Assembly (NCBI GenBank): GCA_965242525.1
Contig: OZ251459.1
Coordinates: forward strand, 3,456,001 to 3,520,000
Direction: 5' to 3'
DNA from: an uncultured Candidatus Binatia bacterium
GTDB lineage: Bacteria; Desulfobacterota; Binatia; UBA9968; JAJDTQ01
Length of the DNA: 64,000 nt
Shown here: positions 27,452 through 38,740 of the stretch, piece after piece
How positions within the stretch are numbered: the stretch's first letter is position 1
Layout of the letters: each line of letters opens with the position of its first letter
Made by a program: the position numbers and the translations under genes
The notes under the pieces: generated by a model
What the model saw: only the letters and a program-made list of their open reading frames with translations
What the model was told of the DNA's origin: nothing
Databases searched by the model: none

Positions 27452-29230
27452 ATGACGCGTTCCACCCCTTCCACCACCGTCGGTCCCGGCCGCTTGGCGC
27501 TACGCCGGCACCCCGTCCTGCCTGCGCCCGAGGGGCCGGTGGTCCTCCTCATCCTCGACGGCGTGGGCATCGGCTCCGGGGACGAGTTCGACGCGGTGGC
27601 CCTGGCGCGCACGCCGAACCTGGACGGGTTGGGCCAATCGGGCCTCGCGGCCTCCCTCCGGGCCCACGGGACCGCGGTGGGCCTGCCCTCCGACGCGGAC
27701 ATCGGCAACTCCGAGGTCGGGCACAACATCATGGGCGCGGGCCGGGTCTTCGACCAGGGCGCCAAGTGCGTGGATCGGGCCATGGACACGGGGGCCATCT
27801 GGGGCGGCTACTGGAAGACCCTCGTGGAGGGGATCCGCTCCGACCGGGGCGCCCTGCACCTCATGGGGTTGTTGTCGGACGGCAACGTGCACTCCCACGA
27901 AGCCCACCTGCACGCGCTGGTCCGCCGGGCCGACGAGGAAGGCCTGCCGCGGGTTTACGTGCACGCCCTGCTGGACGGGCGCGACGTTCCCGACCGGACC
28001 GCGCTGGTCCATGTCGAGCGCCTGGAGACCCTGCTCCGCGGCATCCGGGACAAGGGCGGCAGGGACTACCGCATCGCCTCGGGGGGCGGCCGGATGGTAG
28101 TCACCATGGACCGCTACGAGGCGGACTGGAGCATCGTGGCCCGGGGCTGGAGCGCCCACGTCCACGGAGAGGCCCCGGGGTTCCCCAGCGCCGCGGCCGC
28201 GGTGGAGCACTTCCGACGGCATGGGCACGACACCGGCGGCCAAGCGGCGCCAGTCGGGCCCGGGCGGCCCGAGCCGGGCTTCGGCGGGCCGCCGCCTGGA
28301 ATCAGCGACCAGGTGATCCCGGCCTTTACCGTGCGGCGCCCGAACGGCGCCCCGGTGGCCACCGTTGAGGACGGCGACGGGGTGGTCTTCTTCAACTTCC
28401 GCGGCGACCGCGCCATGGAGATCTCCCGGGCCTTCACCGAGGGGGCCGGGTTCGACCGATTCGACCGGGGCCGGACGCCAAAGGCGCGGTTCGCGGGCAT
28501 GATGCTGTACGACGGGGACCAGGGCATACCCGAGCATTACCTGGTGGCGCCGCCCGAGGTCCGCGGCCCCCTGGGCGAGTATCTGGCGGGCGCGGGCGTC
28601 GCCCAGTTCGCGTGCGCGGAGACCCAGAAGTTCGGGCACGTCACCTACTTCTGGAACGGCAACCGCTCCGGCAAGTTCGACGAGGCACTGGAGGAGTACC
28701 TGGAGATCGACTCGGACCGGGCCCCTTTCGAGGAGCGGCCGTGGATGCGCTCCGCGGAGACCGCGGACGCGGTGGTCCGCGCCATCGGCGCGGGCCGTTA
28801 CCGGTTCATCCGGGCGAACTTCGCCGGCGGCGACATGGTGGGGCACACGGGAAACCTGGACGCCACCGTGACGGCGGTGCAAGCCATCGACCTGGCCATC
28901 GGCCGCATCCTCCCGGCCGCGGCCCGTGCCCGGGGCTGCTTGGTGGTGACCGGGGACCACGGCAACGCCGAGGACATGGTGGAGCGGGGCGAGGGCGGCC
29001 GACCCCTCTACGCCTGCGGCAAGCCCGTCTTCCGGACCGCCCACTCGGTCAACCCCGTGCCCCTGTTCATCCGGGACTACTCAGGGCGCGGCTACGGCTT
29101 GGCGCCTCCCGCGGGCGCGGGCTTGGCCAACCTCGCCGCAACCCTGCTGGAGCTGATGGGCTACGCCCCGCCCGACGAGTTCGCCCCGAGCCTGCTGGAC
29201 ACCGCCCGGGGCGGGCAGGCTCCCGGTTGA
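27452..29230 (+). CDS. gpmI: 2,3-bisphosphoglycerate-independent phosphoglycerate mutase
   Basis: LILDG, GNSEVGH, DGRD, FRGDR, ETQKFGHVT, DMVGHTG, GDHGN. Confidence 0.96.
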   Translation: MTRSTPSTTVGPGRLALRRHPVLPAPEGPVVLLILDGVGIGSGDEFDAVALARTPNLDGLGQSGLAASLRAHGTAVGLPSDADIGNSEVGHNIMGAGRVFDQGAKCVDRAMDTGAIWGGYWKTLVEGIRSDRGALHLMGLLSDGNVHSHEAHLHALVRRADEEGLPRVYVHALLDGRDVPDRTALVHVERLETLLRGIRDKGGRDYRIASGGGRMVVTMDRYEADWSIVARGWSAHVHGEAPGFPSAAAAVEHFRRHGHDTGGQAAPVGPGRPEPGFGGPPPGISDQVIPAFTVRRPNGAPVATVEDGDGVVFFNFRGDRAMEISRAFTEGAGFDRFDRGRTPKARFAGMMLYDGDQGIPEHYLVAPPEVRGPLGEYLAGAGVAQFACAETQKFGHVTYFWNGNRSGKFDEALEEYLEIDSDRAPFEERPWMRSAETADAVVRAIGAGRYRFIRANFAGGDMVGHTGNLDATVTAVQAIDLAIGRILPAAARARGCLVVTGDHGNAEDMVERGEGGRPLYACGKPVFRTAHSVNPVPLFIRDYSGRGYGLAPPAGAGLANLAATLLELMGYAPPDEFAPSLLDTARGGQAPG

Positions 29231-29262
29231 CCCCTCTTTGCGGGCCATAGTAGGCTGCAACC

Positions 29263-31941
29263 ATGCCTTCGACGGGGAACACGTCCGGGAGGCCGGGGAA
29301 GCGCGGCGCCAAGGCCGGGTCCGGGAAAGGCGGGGTCGTGCTCCTGGACGGCTACTCGCTGGCGTTCCGCGCTTTCTTCGCGCTGCCGGAGAACCTCGGC
29401 ACCTCTTCCGGCCAGGTCACCAACGCGGTCTTCGGCTTCACCTCCATGCTCATCAAGCTGGAGGGCGAGGAACGTCCGGACGCGGTCATCGCGTGCATGG
29501 ACAAGGGGGCGCCCCGGTTCCGCCTGGACCGGTACCCGGAGTACAAGGGAGGCCGGAACGAGACCCCGGAGGCCCTGCGGCAGCAGTTCCCGCTCATACG
29601 CGAGGTGCTGGAGGCGCTGCGCGTCCCGGTGGTGGAGCTGGAAGGCTACGAGGCCGACGACCTGCTGGCCACGTTGGCCCGGCGGGCCGCGGAAGCGGGC
29701 CGCCGGGTGGTGATCGTCACCGGGGACCGGGACTGCCTCCAACTGGTGAACGACCGGGTGACCGTGCTGATGACGCGCCGGGGCGTCACCGACATGATCC
29801 GCTACGACCCGGCCACGGTGGAGGAGCGCTACGGCGTGGCCCCGGACCGCTGGACGGACTTCGCCGCCCTCAAGGGGGAGCAGGCGGACAACTTGCCGGG
29901 GGTCCCCGGGGTGGGGGACAAGACCGCGGCGCAGCTCCTGAAGAAATACGACGACATCGAGGGCGTCATCGGCCACGCGGCCGAGCTCACCCCCAAGGTG
30001 CGCAAGGGCGTCGAGGCGTGCGCCGGGCAGATCCGGCTCAACCGGGAGCTGGGCCGGCTGCTCGACGACGTGCCGCTGGAGACGGACGCGGACCTGTTCC
30101 GCCGTGAGCCCTGGGACCCGGAGGAGGTGCGCCGGCTGTTCGGCTCCCTGGAGTTCAAGACGCTGTACGAAAGGCTCCGGGCGCTGGGTCCCGGTTACGC
30201 CCGGCCCGACGAGGCCGCCATCCGGCCGGAGTCCGTGTCCCGGTGGACCTCCGGCAGCGACGTCCCGCGGGCCGACCCGGTGGCGGTGGCGTGGGACGAC
30301 CGCGCGGCGGCGTTCTGCGCACGGCCCGGCCAGGTCGGCCTGCTGCCTTTCGCCGTGGCCGCCCGGGCCGACGAAGCCCTTGCGTCCGAGGACCCGCCCA
30401 AGGTCGTGTATGAGGCCAAGCCGTTGTACGGGGCCATGATCCGCAACGGCGTCCGGTTGCGGGGCGTCCGTTGCGACCTCAAGGTGGCCGCGTACCTGCT
30501 GGACCCCGGAGCCACCGGCGGCTATGGCCTCGACGACATCCTGCACCGCTACCTCGACGCATCGCTGGACCGGGAGGCCACCGGCGCGCCGGAGGACGGG
30601 CAGCTCAGCCTGGAGGGGGAGGACGCGGGCGCCGCGGCCCGGAGCCACCGGCTGGCCGCCGAGGCGGTCGCGGTCCGGGCCGCGGCGCCGGTGCTGGAGG
30701 CGCGTCTCAGGGAGGCCGGTTCCTGGGACTTGGCCCAGACCCTCGAATTCCCGCTCACCGAGGTGCTGGCCCGCATGGAGCACGCGGGCATCCTGGTGGA
30801 CGACGAGTACCTGCGCACGCTCAACGACGAGTTGGGCGCAAGGATGACGGCCTTGCAGGCCAGGGTCCAGGAGCATGCGGGAGAGAAGTTCAACGTGAAC
30901 TCCCATCCGCAGCTCGGACGGATACTGTTCGACAAGCTGGGGCTGCCGAAGACCAAGAAGATCAAGACGGGCTACTCCACCGACGCCGCGGAGCTGGGCA
31001 AGCTCGCGGGTCGGCATCCGATCGTCGACGCCCTGCTGGAGTACCGGGAGGTGGCCAAGCTCAAGACCGGGTTCACCGACTCGCTCCTGGGGCTCATCGA
31101 CGCCCGCACGGGCCGCATCCACACCACCTACGAGCAGGCCGCGGCCGCCACCGGCCGGCTGTCGTCGTCCGCGCCCAACCTCCAGAACATCCCCATTCGC
31201 GCGGACCTGGGGCGCCAGATCCGGCGCGCCTTCGTGGCCCCCGCGGACAGCGTGCTGGTGTCCGCGGACTACTCGCAGATCGAGCTGCGGATCCTGGCCC
31301 ACCTGTCGCAGGACGAAAGTTTCCTGGCGGCGTTCGCCCAGGGCCACGACTTCCACGCCACCATCGCCGCCAAGGTCCATGGGGTGGACCCGGGGGAGGT
31401 GACCGCGGACATGCGCAGCCGCGTCAAGCAGTTCTCCTACGGCATCGCCTACGGCATGTCGGCCTTCGGCGTGTCCCAGCGGCTGGGCATCGAGGTGGGC
31501 GACGCCAGGGACTTCATCGACGCCTACTACGCCCAGTTCCCGGGGGTCAAGGCGTTCCTGGACTCCCAGGTGGAGCGGGCCCGGGTCGACGGTTTCACCA
31601 CCACCATGTTCGGCCGGCGGCGGTACCTGCCGGAGCTCCAGTCCTCCAACTACCGACTGCGCGCGGTGGGGGAGCGCATGGCGCTGAACGCGCCCATCCA
31701 GGGCACCGCCGCGGACATCATGAAACGGGCCATGATCGACGTGGATCGGGCGTTGCTGGAGGAGCCGGTGGCCCGGATGCTGCTCACGGTGCACGACGAG
31801 CTGGTGTTCGAGGTTCCCCGTTCCCGGCTGGAGCAAGCCGCGGGGCTGGTCAAGGCGTCCATGGAGGGCGCCGCGGAGCTCCGCTGCGGCTTGGTGGTGG
31901 ACGTGCACACCGGGGACACCTGGGCCGACGCGCACGCCTGA
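29263..31941 (+). CDS. polA: DNA polymerase I
   Basis: 5'-3' exonuclease (LLDG, YEADD, TGDRD, PGVG), TGRLSS, DYSQIELR, QGTAAD, VHDE. Confidence 0.98.
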   Translation: MPSTGNTSGRPGKRGAKAGSGKGGVVLLDGYSLAFRAFFALPENLGTSSGQVTNAVFGFTSMLIKLEGEERPDAVIACMDKGAPRFRLDRYPEYKGGRNETPEALRQQFPLIREVLEALRVPVVELEGYEADDLLATLARRAAEAGRRVVIVTGDRDCLQLVNDRVTVLMTRRGVTDMIRYDPATVEERYGVAPDRWTDFAALKGEQADNLPGVPGVGDKTAAQLLKKYDDIEGVIGHAAELTPKVRKGVEACAGQIRLNRELGRLLDDVPLETDADLFRREPWDPEEVRRLFGSLEFKTLYERLRALGPGYARPDEAAIRPESVSRWTSGSDVPRADPVAVAWDDRAAAFCARPGQVGLLPFAVAARADEALASEDPPKVVYEAKPLYGAMIRNGVRLRGVRCDLKVAAYLLDPGATGGYGLDDILHRYLDASLDREATGAPEDGQLSLEGEDAGAAARSHRLAAEAVAVRAAAPVLEARLREAGSWDLAQTLEFPLTEVLARMEHAGILVDDEYLRTLNDELGARMTALQARVQEHAGEKFNVNSHPQLGRILFDKLGLPKTKKIKTGYSTDAAELGKLAGRHPIVDALLEYREVAKLKTGFTDSLLGLIDARTGRIHTTYEQAAAATGRLSSSAPNLQNIPIRADLGRQIRRAFVAPADSVLVSADYSQIELRILAHLSQDESFLAAFAQGHDFHATIAAKVHGVDPGEVTADMRSRVKQFSYGIAYGMSAFGVSQRLGIEVGDARDFIDAYYAQFPGVKAFLDSQVERARVDGFTTTMFGRRRYLPELQSSNYRLRAVGERMALNAPIQGTAADIMKRAMIDVDRALLEEPVARMLLTVHDELVFEVPRSRLEQAAGLVKASMEGAAELRCGLVVDVHTGDTWADAHA

Positions 31942-32071
31942 GCCGCGGACGTCCCGGGGTGGTTTTCGGGTCCGATATGGACTATCCTGCTTGGCATGGA
32001 ACGCACGGCGCGGCGGTTCTCCCGGTTGGAGAGTTTGCCGTAACGATGGCTCGAACAGAGAGGAGTACTAC

Positions 32072-33064
32072 ATGAGGATAGTCAAAGCGGGCGTGTTGGC
32101 AGGGGCGCTCATGGCGGTTGGCCTGGGGAGCGCGGCCCACGCGGCCTGCGGCAAGGTCACGATTGCAGAGATGTCGTGGGCGTCCGCGGGCGTGGCGGCC
32201 CACGTCCAGGACGTGATTCTATCGAAGGGCTACGGCTGCCAGTCCGAGCTGGTGCCGGGCAACACGGTGCCCACGGTCACCTCCATGACCGAGAAGAGCG
32301 AGCCGGACATCGCGCCGGAGATCTGGCTCAACTCGGCGCGGGAGCCCATCGAGAAGGCCGTGGCCGAGGGCCGGCTCAAGATCGCCGGAGAGATCCTTTC
32401 GGACGGCGGCGACGAGGGCTGGCTGGTTCCGACTTACGTGGTGGAGAAGCACCCGGAACTGACGACCCTGCAGGCCGTGCTCGAGCGGCGCGACCTGTTC
32501 CCCGACAAGGAGGACCCGGGCAAGGGCCGTTTCTACACCTGCCCATCGGGCTGGGCCTGCCAGATCATCAACGCCAACCTCTACAAGGCGTTCGGTCTGG
32601 AGAAGGCCGGCTTCAACCTGTTCGACCCCGGTTCCGGCGAGGGGCTGGCGGCCGCCATCGCCAAGGCGTACGAACGCCGGGAGCCCATCTTCACCTACTA
32701 CTGGGCGCCCACGTCGGTGCTGGGCCGGTATCCCATGGTCAAGCTCGGCGGCATGAAGCACGACCCGGAGTCCTGGCCCTGTGTCATCGACAAGGACTGC
32801 GATGACCCCAAACCCAACCTGTGGCCGAAATCGGTGGTCTATACCGTGGTGACCGCCGGCTTTGCCGAGGCCGCGCCGGAGGCGTTCCGGTTCGTCTCCA
32901 GCTTCTCGTGGCCCAACAAGCTGGTGAACTCGCTGCTGGCGTGGAAGGACGACAACCAGGCCACCGGACGCGAGACCGCGGAGTATTTCCTCAAGAACCA
33001 CGAGTCGGTGTGGACGGCGTGGGTCACCGCGGACGCCGCGGCCAAGGTGAAGGCAGGGCTCTGA
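32072..33064 (+). CDS. proX: Glycine betaine/proline ABC substrate-binding protein
   Basis: Signal peptide, IAEMSWAS, CPSGWAC, YYWAP; operon context. Confidence 0.85.
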   Translation: MRIVKAGVLAGALMAVGLGSAAHAACGKVTIAEMSWASAGVAAHVQDVILSKGYGCQSELVPGNTVPTVTSMTEKSEPDIAPEIWLNSAREPIEKAVAEGRLKIAGEILSDGGDEGWLVPTYVVEKHPELTTLQAVLERRDLFPDKEDPGKGRFYTCPSGWACQIINANLYKAFGLEKAGFNLFDPGSGEGLAAAIAKAYERREPIFTYYWAPTSVLGRYPMVKLGGMKHDPESWPCVIDKDCDDPKPNLWPKSVVYTVVTAGFAEAAPEAFRFVSSFSWPNKLVNSLLAWKDDNQATGRETAEYFLKNHESVWTAWVTADAAAKVKAGL

Positions 33065-33092
33065 TCCTCCGAGATGACGGAGAAGGCGGCCG

Positions 33093-33974
33093 ATGATTAG
33101 CTGGCTCTGGGAGTTCCCGACGCTCGACGAGCGCGCGTTGCGGGGCCTCAAGAAGTCTTTCGACACGGGATACCGTCTGTTTTCCCGGAACTACGGCGAC
33201 GCCATCGAGGGCGCGTTCGATCCGTTGCTGTATTTCCTGATCTGGTTCGAGCGGCTTCTCCTGGGCGCGCCCTGGTGGCTGGTGATCCTCGTGATCGCCG
33301 GACTGTGCCTTGCGGCGAGCCGGAGCCTTCGGCTCACGATCGGGGTCGTGGCCGCCTTCTTCGTCATCGGCTTTCTCGGCATGTGGGGGGACACCATGCG
33401 CACCCTCGCAATCATCTTCGTCTCCACGCTGATGGCCATCGCCATCGGCATTCCCCTGGGCATCGCCATGGCCCGCTCGGACCGGATCCAGGCCATCGTC
33501 ACGCCGATCCTCGACGTCATGCAGACCATGCCCAGCTTCGTCTATCTGATCCCGGTGGTGATGCTGTTCGGCCTCGGCAAGATACCCGGCCTCATCGCGG
33601 TGGTGATCTACGCGGTGCCGCCGGTCATCCGGCTCACCAACCTCGGCATCCGGCTGGTGGACGCGGAAGTGCTGGAGGCGGCCCACGCCTTCGGCGCCGG
33701 CCGGTGGAAGCTGCTGTTCGGCGTCCAGTTGCCGCTGGCCCTTCCGAACGTCATGGCCGGCGTCAACCAGACCATCATGATGGCCCTGGCCATGGTGGTG
33801 ATCGCCTCCATGATCGGGGTCAAGGGGCTGGGCGAGCCGGTGCTCCGGGCGGTCAACAACCAGTACTTCGCCCTCGGCCTCTTCAACGGCGCCGCGGTGG
33901 TGACCCTGGCCATCGTGTTCGACCGGATCACCCAGAGCTACGGACGGCGGATGCAGGAGAAGAGTCGGACGTGA
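33093..33974 (+). CDS. proW: Glycine betaine/proline ABC permease
   Basis: MQTMPSFVYLIP, EAA loop, GVNQTIMMAL. Confidence 0.92.
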   Translation: MISWLWEFPTLDERALRGLKKSFDTGYRLFSRNYGDAIEGAFDPLLYFLIWFERLLLGAPWWLVILVIAGLCLAASRSLRLTIGVVAAFFVIGFLGMWGDTMRTLAIIFVSTLMAIAIGIPLGIAMARSDRIQAIVTPILDVMQTMPSFVYLIPVVMLFGLGKIPGLIAVVIYAVPPVIRLTNLGIRLVDAEVLEAAHAFGAGRWKLLFGVQLPLALPNVMAGVNQTIMMALAMVVIASMIGVKGLGEPVLRAVNNQYFALGLFNGAAVVTLAIVFDRITQSYGRRMQEKSRT

Positions 33975-35092
33975 TGGCAACGGACTCCCCGAACACCGAC
34001 CACCACGCGGGCTACGGCGTCTCCCCGGAAGACGGCTCCCCGGGCAACGCCGACGCCTCCGGTATCGACATCAAGGCGTTGTACAAGGTGTTCGGGGGCG
34101 ACCCCGCTTCCGCCATGCAGCTCGTGCACGACGGGGTGGGCAAGCAGGACCTCCTGGAGTCCCACGGGCACGTGCTCGGCCTGCGCGACATCAACCTGAG
34201 CATCGCGCCGCAGAGCATCCAGGTCGTCATGGGGCTGAGCGGTTCCGGGAAATCGACCCTCATCCGGCACATCAACCGCCTGATCGACCCCACCGAGGGC
34301 GAGGTCCGCATCGGGGACGAGGACGTGCTGGCCCTGGACGAGACCGCGCTCCGTCAGCTACGCCGGCACCGGGTCAGCATGGTGTTCCAGCGCTTCGCGC
34401 TCTTTCCCCACAAGACCATCCTGGAGAACGTGAGCTACGGTCTGGCCATGCAGGGGGTGGCCAGCGAGCAGCGCGAGGCCCGGGCGGGACGGTGGATCGA
34501 GCGGGTGGGGCTCAGCGGTTACGAGGAGTCGTACCCGCATCAACTGTCCGGCGGCATGCAACAGCGGGTGGGGCTCGCCCGAGCCTTGGCCACCGACGCC
34601 CAGATCCTGTTGATGGACGAGGCCTTCAGCGCGCTGGACCCGCTCATCCGTGCGGACATGCAGGCGCTCCTGCTGGAGCTCCAGCAGGAATTGAAGAAGA
34701 CCATCGTCTTCGTCACCCACGACCTCGAAGAAGCCATCGAGATCGGCGACCGCATCGCCATCCTGCGAGACGGCGAGATCGTGCAGAACGGCGATTCCCA
34801 GGAGATCGTCCTCGAACCGGCCGACGACTACATCTCCGACTTCACCCGCAAGATCAACCGCGGCCGCGTCATTCGCGTGGGCTCGATCATGGATCCCGTC
34901 CGCCCCGGCCTGAAGGAGCCGCTGGTCTGTTCCCGGGACATGCCGCTGGAACAGGCGCTGCCGATGGTGAGCGCTGCGCCCAACGAAGAGCTGGCGGTGG
35001 TGGACGAGGAGGGCCTCGTGGTGGGCTCGATCACGTTCGTGCGGATTCTCCTGGGCCTCGCCGGGCGGCGGTTGCCGGACTCGAAGCGCTGA
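33974..35092 (+). CDS. proV: Glycine betaine/proline ABC ATPase
   Basis: GLSGSGKS, LSGGMQQ, MDEAFSALDP, CBS-like tail. Confidence 0.93.
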   Translation: MATDSPNTDHHAGYGVSPEDGSPGNADASGIDIKALYKVFGGDPASAMQLVHDGVGKQDLLESHGHVLGLRDINLSIAPQSIQVVMGLSGSGKSTLIRHINRLIDPTEGEVRIGDEDVLALDETALRQLRRHRVSMVFQRFALFPHKTILENVSYGLAMQGVASEQREARAGRWIERVGLSGYEESYPHQLSGGMQQRVGLARALATDAQILLMDEAFSALDPLIRADMQALLLELQQELKKTIVFVTHDLEEAIEIGDRIAILRDGEIVQNGDSQEIVLEPADDYISDFTRKINRGRVIRVGSIMDPVRPGLKEPLVCSRDMPLEQALPMVSAAPNEELAVVDEEGLVVGSITFVRILLGLAGRRLPDSKR

Positions 35093-35127
35093 CGCGGATC
35101 AGCCGCGGACGGGGAAGGCGCGGGGTC

Positions 35128-35202
<75 letters not shown>

Positions 35203-35237
35203 TCTGGGTAAGGTCATATGCCATCCCGTCAACGATG

Positions 35238-37031
<1,794 letters not shown>

Positions 37032-37200
37032 GAGTGACTTGAGAATCCGCCCCAATACGGTATGATGGTTCGTGTATCCTGAATCGCCCTGTCCTGACGG
37101 ACTTCACCGGAGTATGGAACCCTGGCCCTGGTTCGGGTCTTTTCCCAGGTTCCTTTGGGGACGGCAATGAGGACGGTCTGGACGTTCGGAGGATTCTCCC

Positions 37201-37476
37201 ATGAATAGCACCACCTACACACGAGCGAGGGCAGATTTTGCCTCGATCTGTGACGAAGTTGTCGCCACGCGCGAACCCGTAATCATCAAGCGGCGCAACG
37301 CAGAGGACGTAGCGTTGGTCTCAGCGGACGAGTTGGCCAGTCTGATCGAGACCGCCCACCTCTTGAGATCGCCTCGAAACGCCAAACGCCTTCTGACTGC
37401 CCTTGGCCGTGCACAACGCCACGAGTTGCCTCCCTCTTCCGTGGAAGACCTTCGCAAGAAAATCGGCCTCGACTGA
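37201..37476 (+). CDS. yefM: Phd/YefM antitoxin
   Basis: TYTRARA..PVIIKRR..ETAHLLRSPRNAKRL. Confidence 0.9.
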   Translation: MNSTTYTRARADFASICDEVVATREPVIIKRRNAEDVALVSADELASLIETAHLLRSPRNAKRLLTALGRAQRHELPPSSVEDLRKKIGLD

Positions 37477-37482
37477 AAGAGC

Positions 37483-37704
37483 GTGACGGCTGATTCCATC
37501 CACGGACGAACCGCGGTACTTCATCCCGAGTTCGTTGACGACCTGCGCCATTGGGTCAAGACGAATCGCAAGATCGCCTTGCGCGTCCTTGACCTGATCG
37601 ACGCCATAATGCGTCAAGCTCCGTCGAACTATGATTTGTTGTCCCGACGGGTAGCTGATACTTTTGCTCTGGCTTTCTCGAAGAACTCTGGATTTTTGCG
37701 ATAG
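37483..37704 (+). pseudogene. yoeB: Truncated Txe/YoeB toxin
   Basis: FVDDLRHWVKTNRKIALRVLDLIDAIMR matches the YoeB N-terminus; homology stops at ~37613, before the GKPEPL/WSRRI region. Confidence 0.8.
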
Positions 37705-38645
37705 CGGTCTAAGAGCCATTTCAGAAACGCTTCGCTGTATTGGCCTGGAGAACCTGGTACTTTCCCTTGATAGAAAAAGTCCGTGCGGCTTTTTACTCCG
37801 TGTACTTTATTGATACATTGAACGTCATACGAGTTTACACTACTCTCCGGCAGCCCTGCATTGAAGCGTGCAATCAAGTCCTTTTGACGAAGCGGATGTG
37901 TCACGCTCGGGTCAGTGGGCTTCAATATGACTTGACTCTGTTGGCCACTTGTCGGCCCTGTCGTGAGCGCGATATCGGCCGCATCCGCTTTTTTCGTAAG
38001 GACGAGTTTGTAGTCTATAGGAATTAAGAATTCATTGTGGTGTTGTAGGTCACTGTACTCTTGTCTGATCCTTGCGCAGTATTCGGCAAGGAAAACCGCT
38101 GTGTCTCGTCCGAGACTTCGCCGGAGAACCTTGTCGTTCATATCCAACTGATCAGGAGCGACGTCGTACACAAGACTCATCATTCCTGCCGGGAACCGGT
38201 CGGCGAGCGATATGCCGAACCATGTATTGAGACGTTTGTGGTAGTTGATTACGCATGCCTGAAATAGGCACATCACGTCACGTGGAATACTGTTGACAAC
38301 AAGATGAACAGATTGGTCGCGTAGATCCGCCACCTGTTCTATATTGCGTCTAACTGGATCAGTATCATTAGGCATAATCTGCTTCAGACAGTCTCGTAAA
38401 GAAAGAGTTCTTTTGACTTTCTCGCTCTGGTTTCTATAGTAGATGAAGCGACGATTGCCTTTTTCTACTATGATTCGAGCTTTGAGCAACAACTCCCACG
38501 CATTGCAAATCAGATAACAAAACGTTTCTAAGCGGTACTGGATCGAGAGTCGGTTGATGGTCTCCAATGAAAGAACATATGCTTCGACACTTTTGTTGAG
38601 CAAGCGCCCTTTGAGACCTGGATTTCCACGCTGAATTTTCGTCAT
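37629..38645 (-). CDS. DUF3644-like (HEPN/Abi-type) protein, low GC
   Basis: KSVEAY..ETFCYLICNAWELLLKA, LRDQSVH (RxxxxH), THPLRQK; clear GC drop. Confidence 0.75.
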   Translation of the reverse strand: MTKIQRGNPGLKGRLLNKSVEAYVLSLETINRLSIQYRLETFCYLICNAWELLLKARIIVEKGNRRFIYYRNQSEKVKRTLSLRDCLKQIMPNDTDPVRRNIEQVADLRDQSVHLVVNSIPRDVMCLFQACVINYHKRLNTWFGISLADRFPAGMMSLVYDVAPDQLDMNDKVLRRSLGRDTAVFLAEYCARIRQEYSDLQHHNEFLIPIDYKLVLTKKADAADIALTTGPTSGQQSQVILKPTDPSVTHPLRQKDLIARFNAGLPESSVNSYDVQCINKVHGVKSRTDFFYQGKVPGSPGQYSEAFLKWLLDRYRKNPEFFEKARAKVSATRRDNKS

Positions 38646-38740
38646 GAGCTATAATCCTGACTTGTAACAGAGTTTACCATCCCACAACCACTCGATCACC
38701 TGAAAACAACGGAATAGGCGCTTCTGGAAAAGAGGCAACA

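Noticed and set aside
29161-31935. Long antisense or alternate-frame ORFs (e.g. 924 aa here, 15433-17772, 9773-11674, 59077-61317)
   Set aside because: Shadows of real genes in high-GC DNA; Arg/Pro/Gly-rich with no motifs
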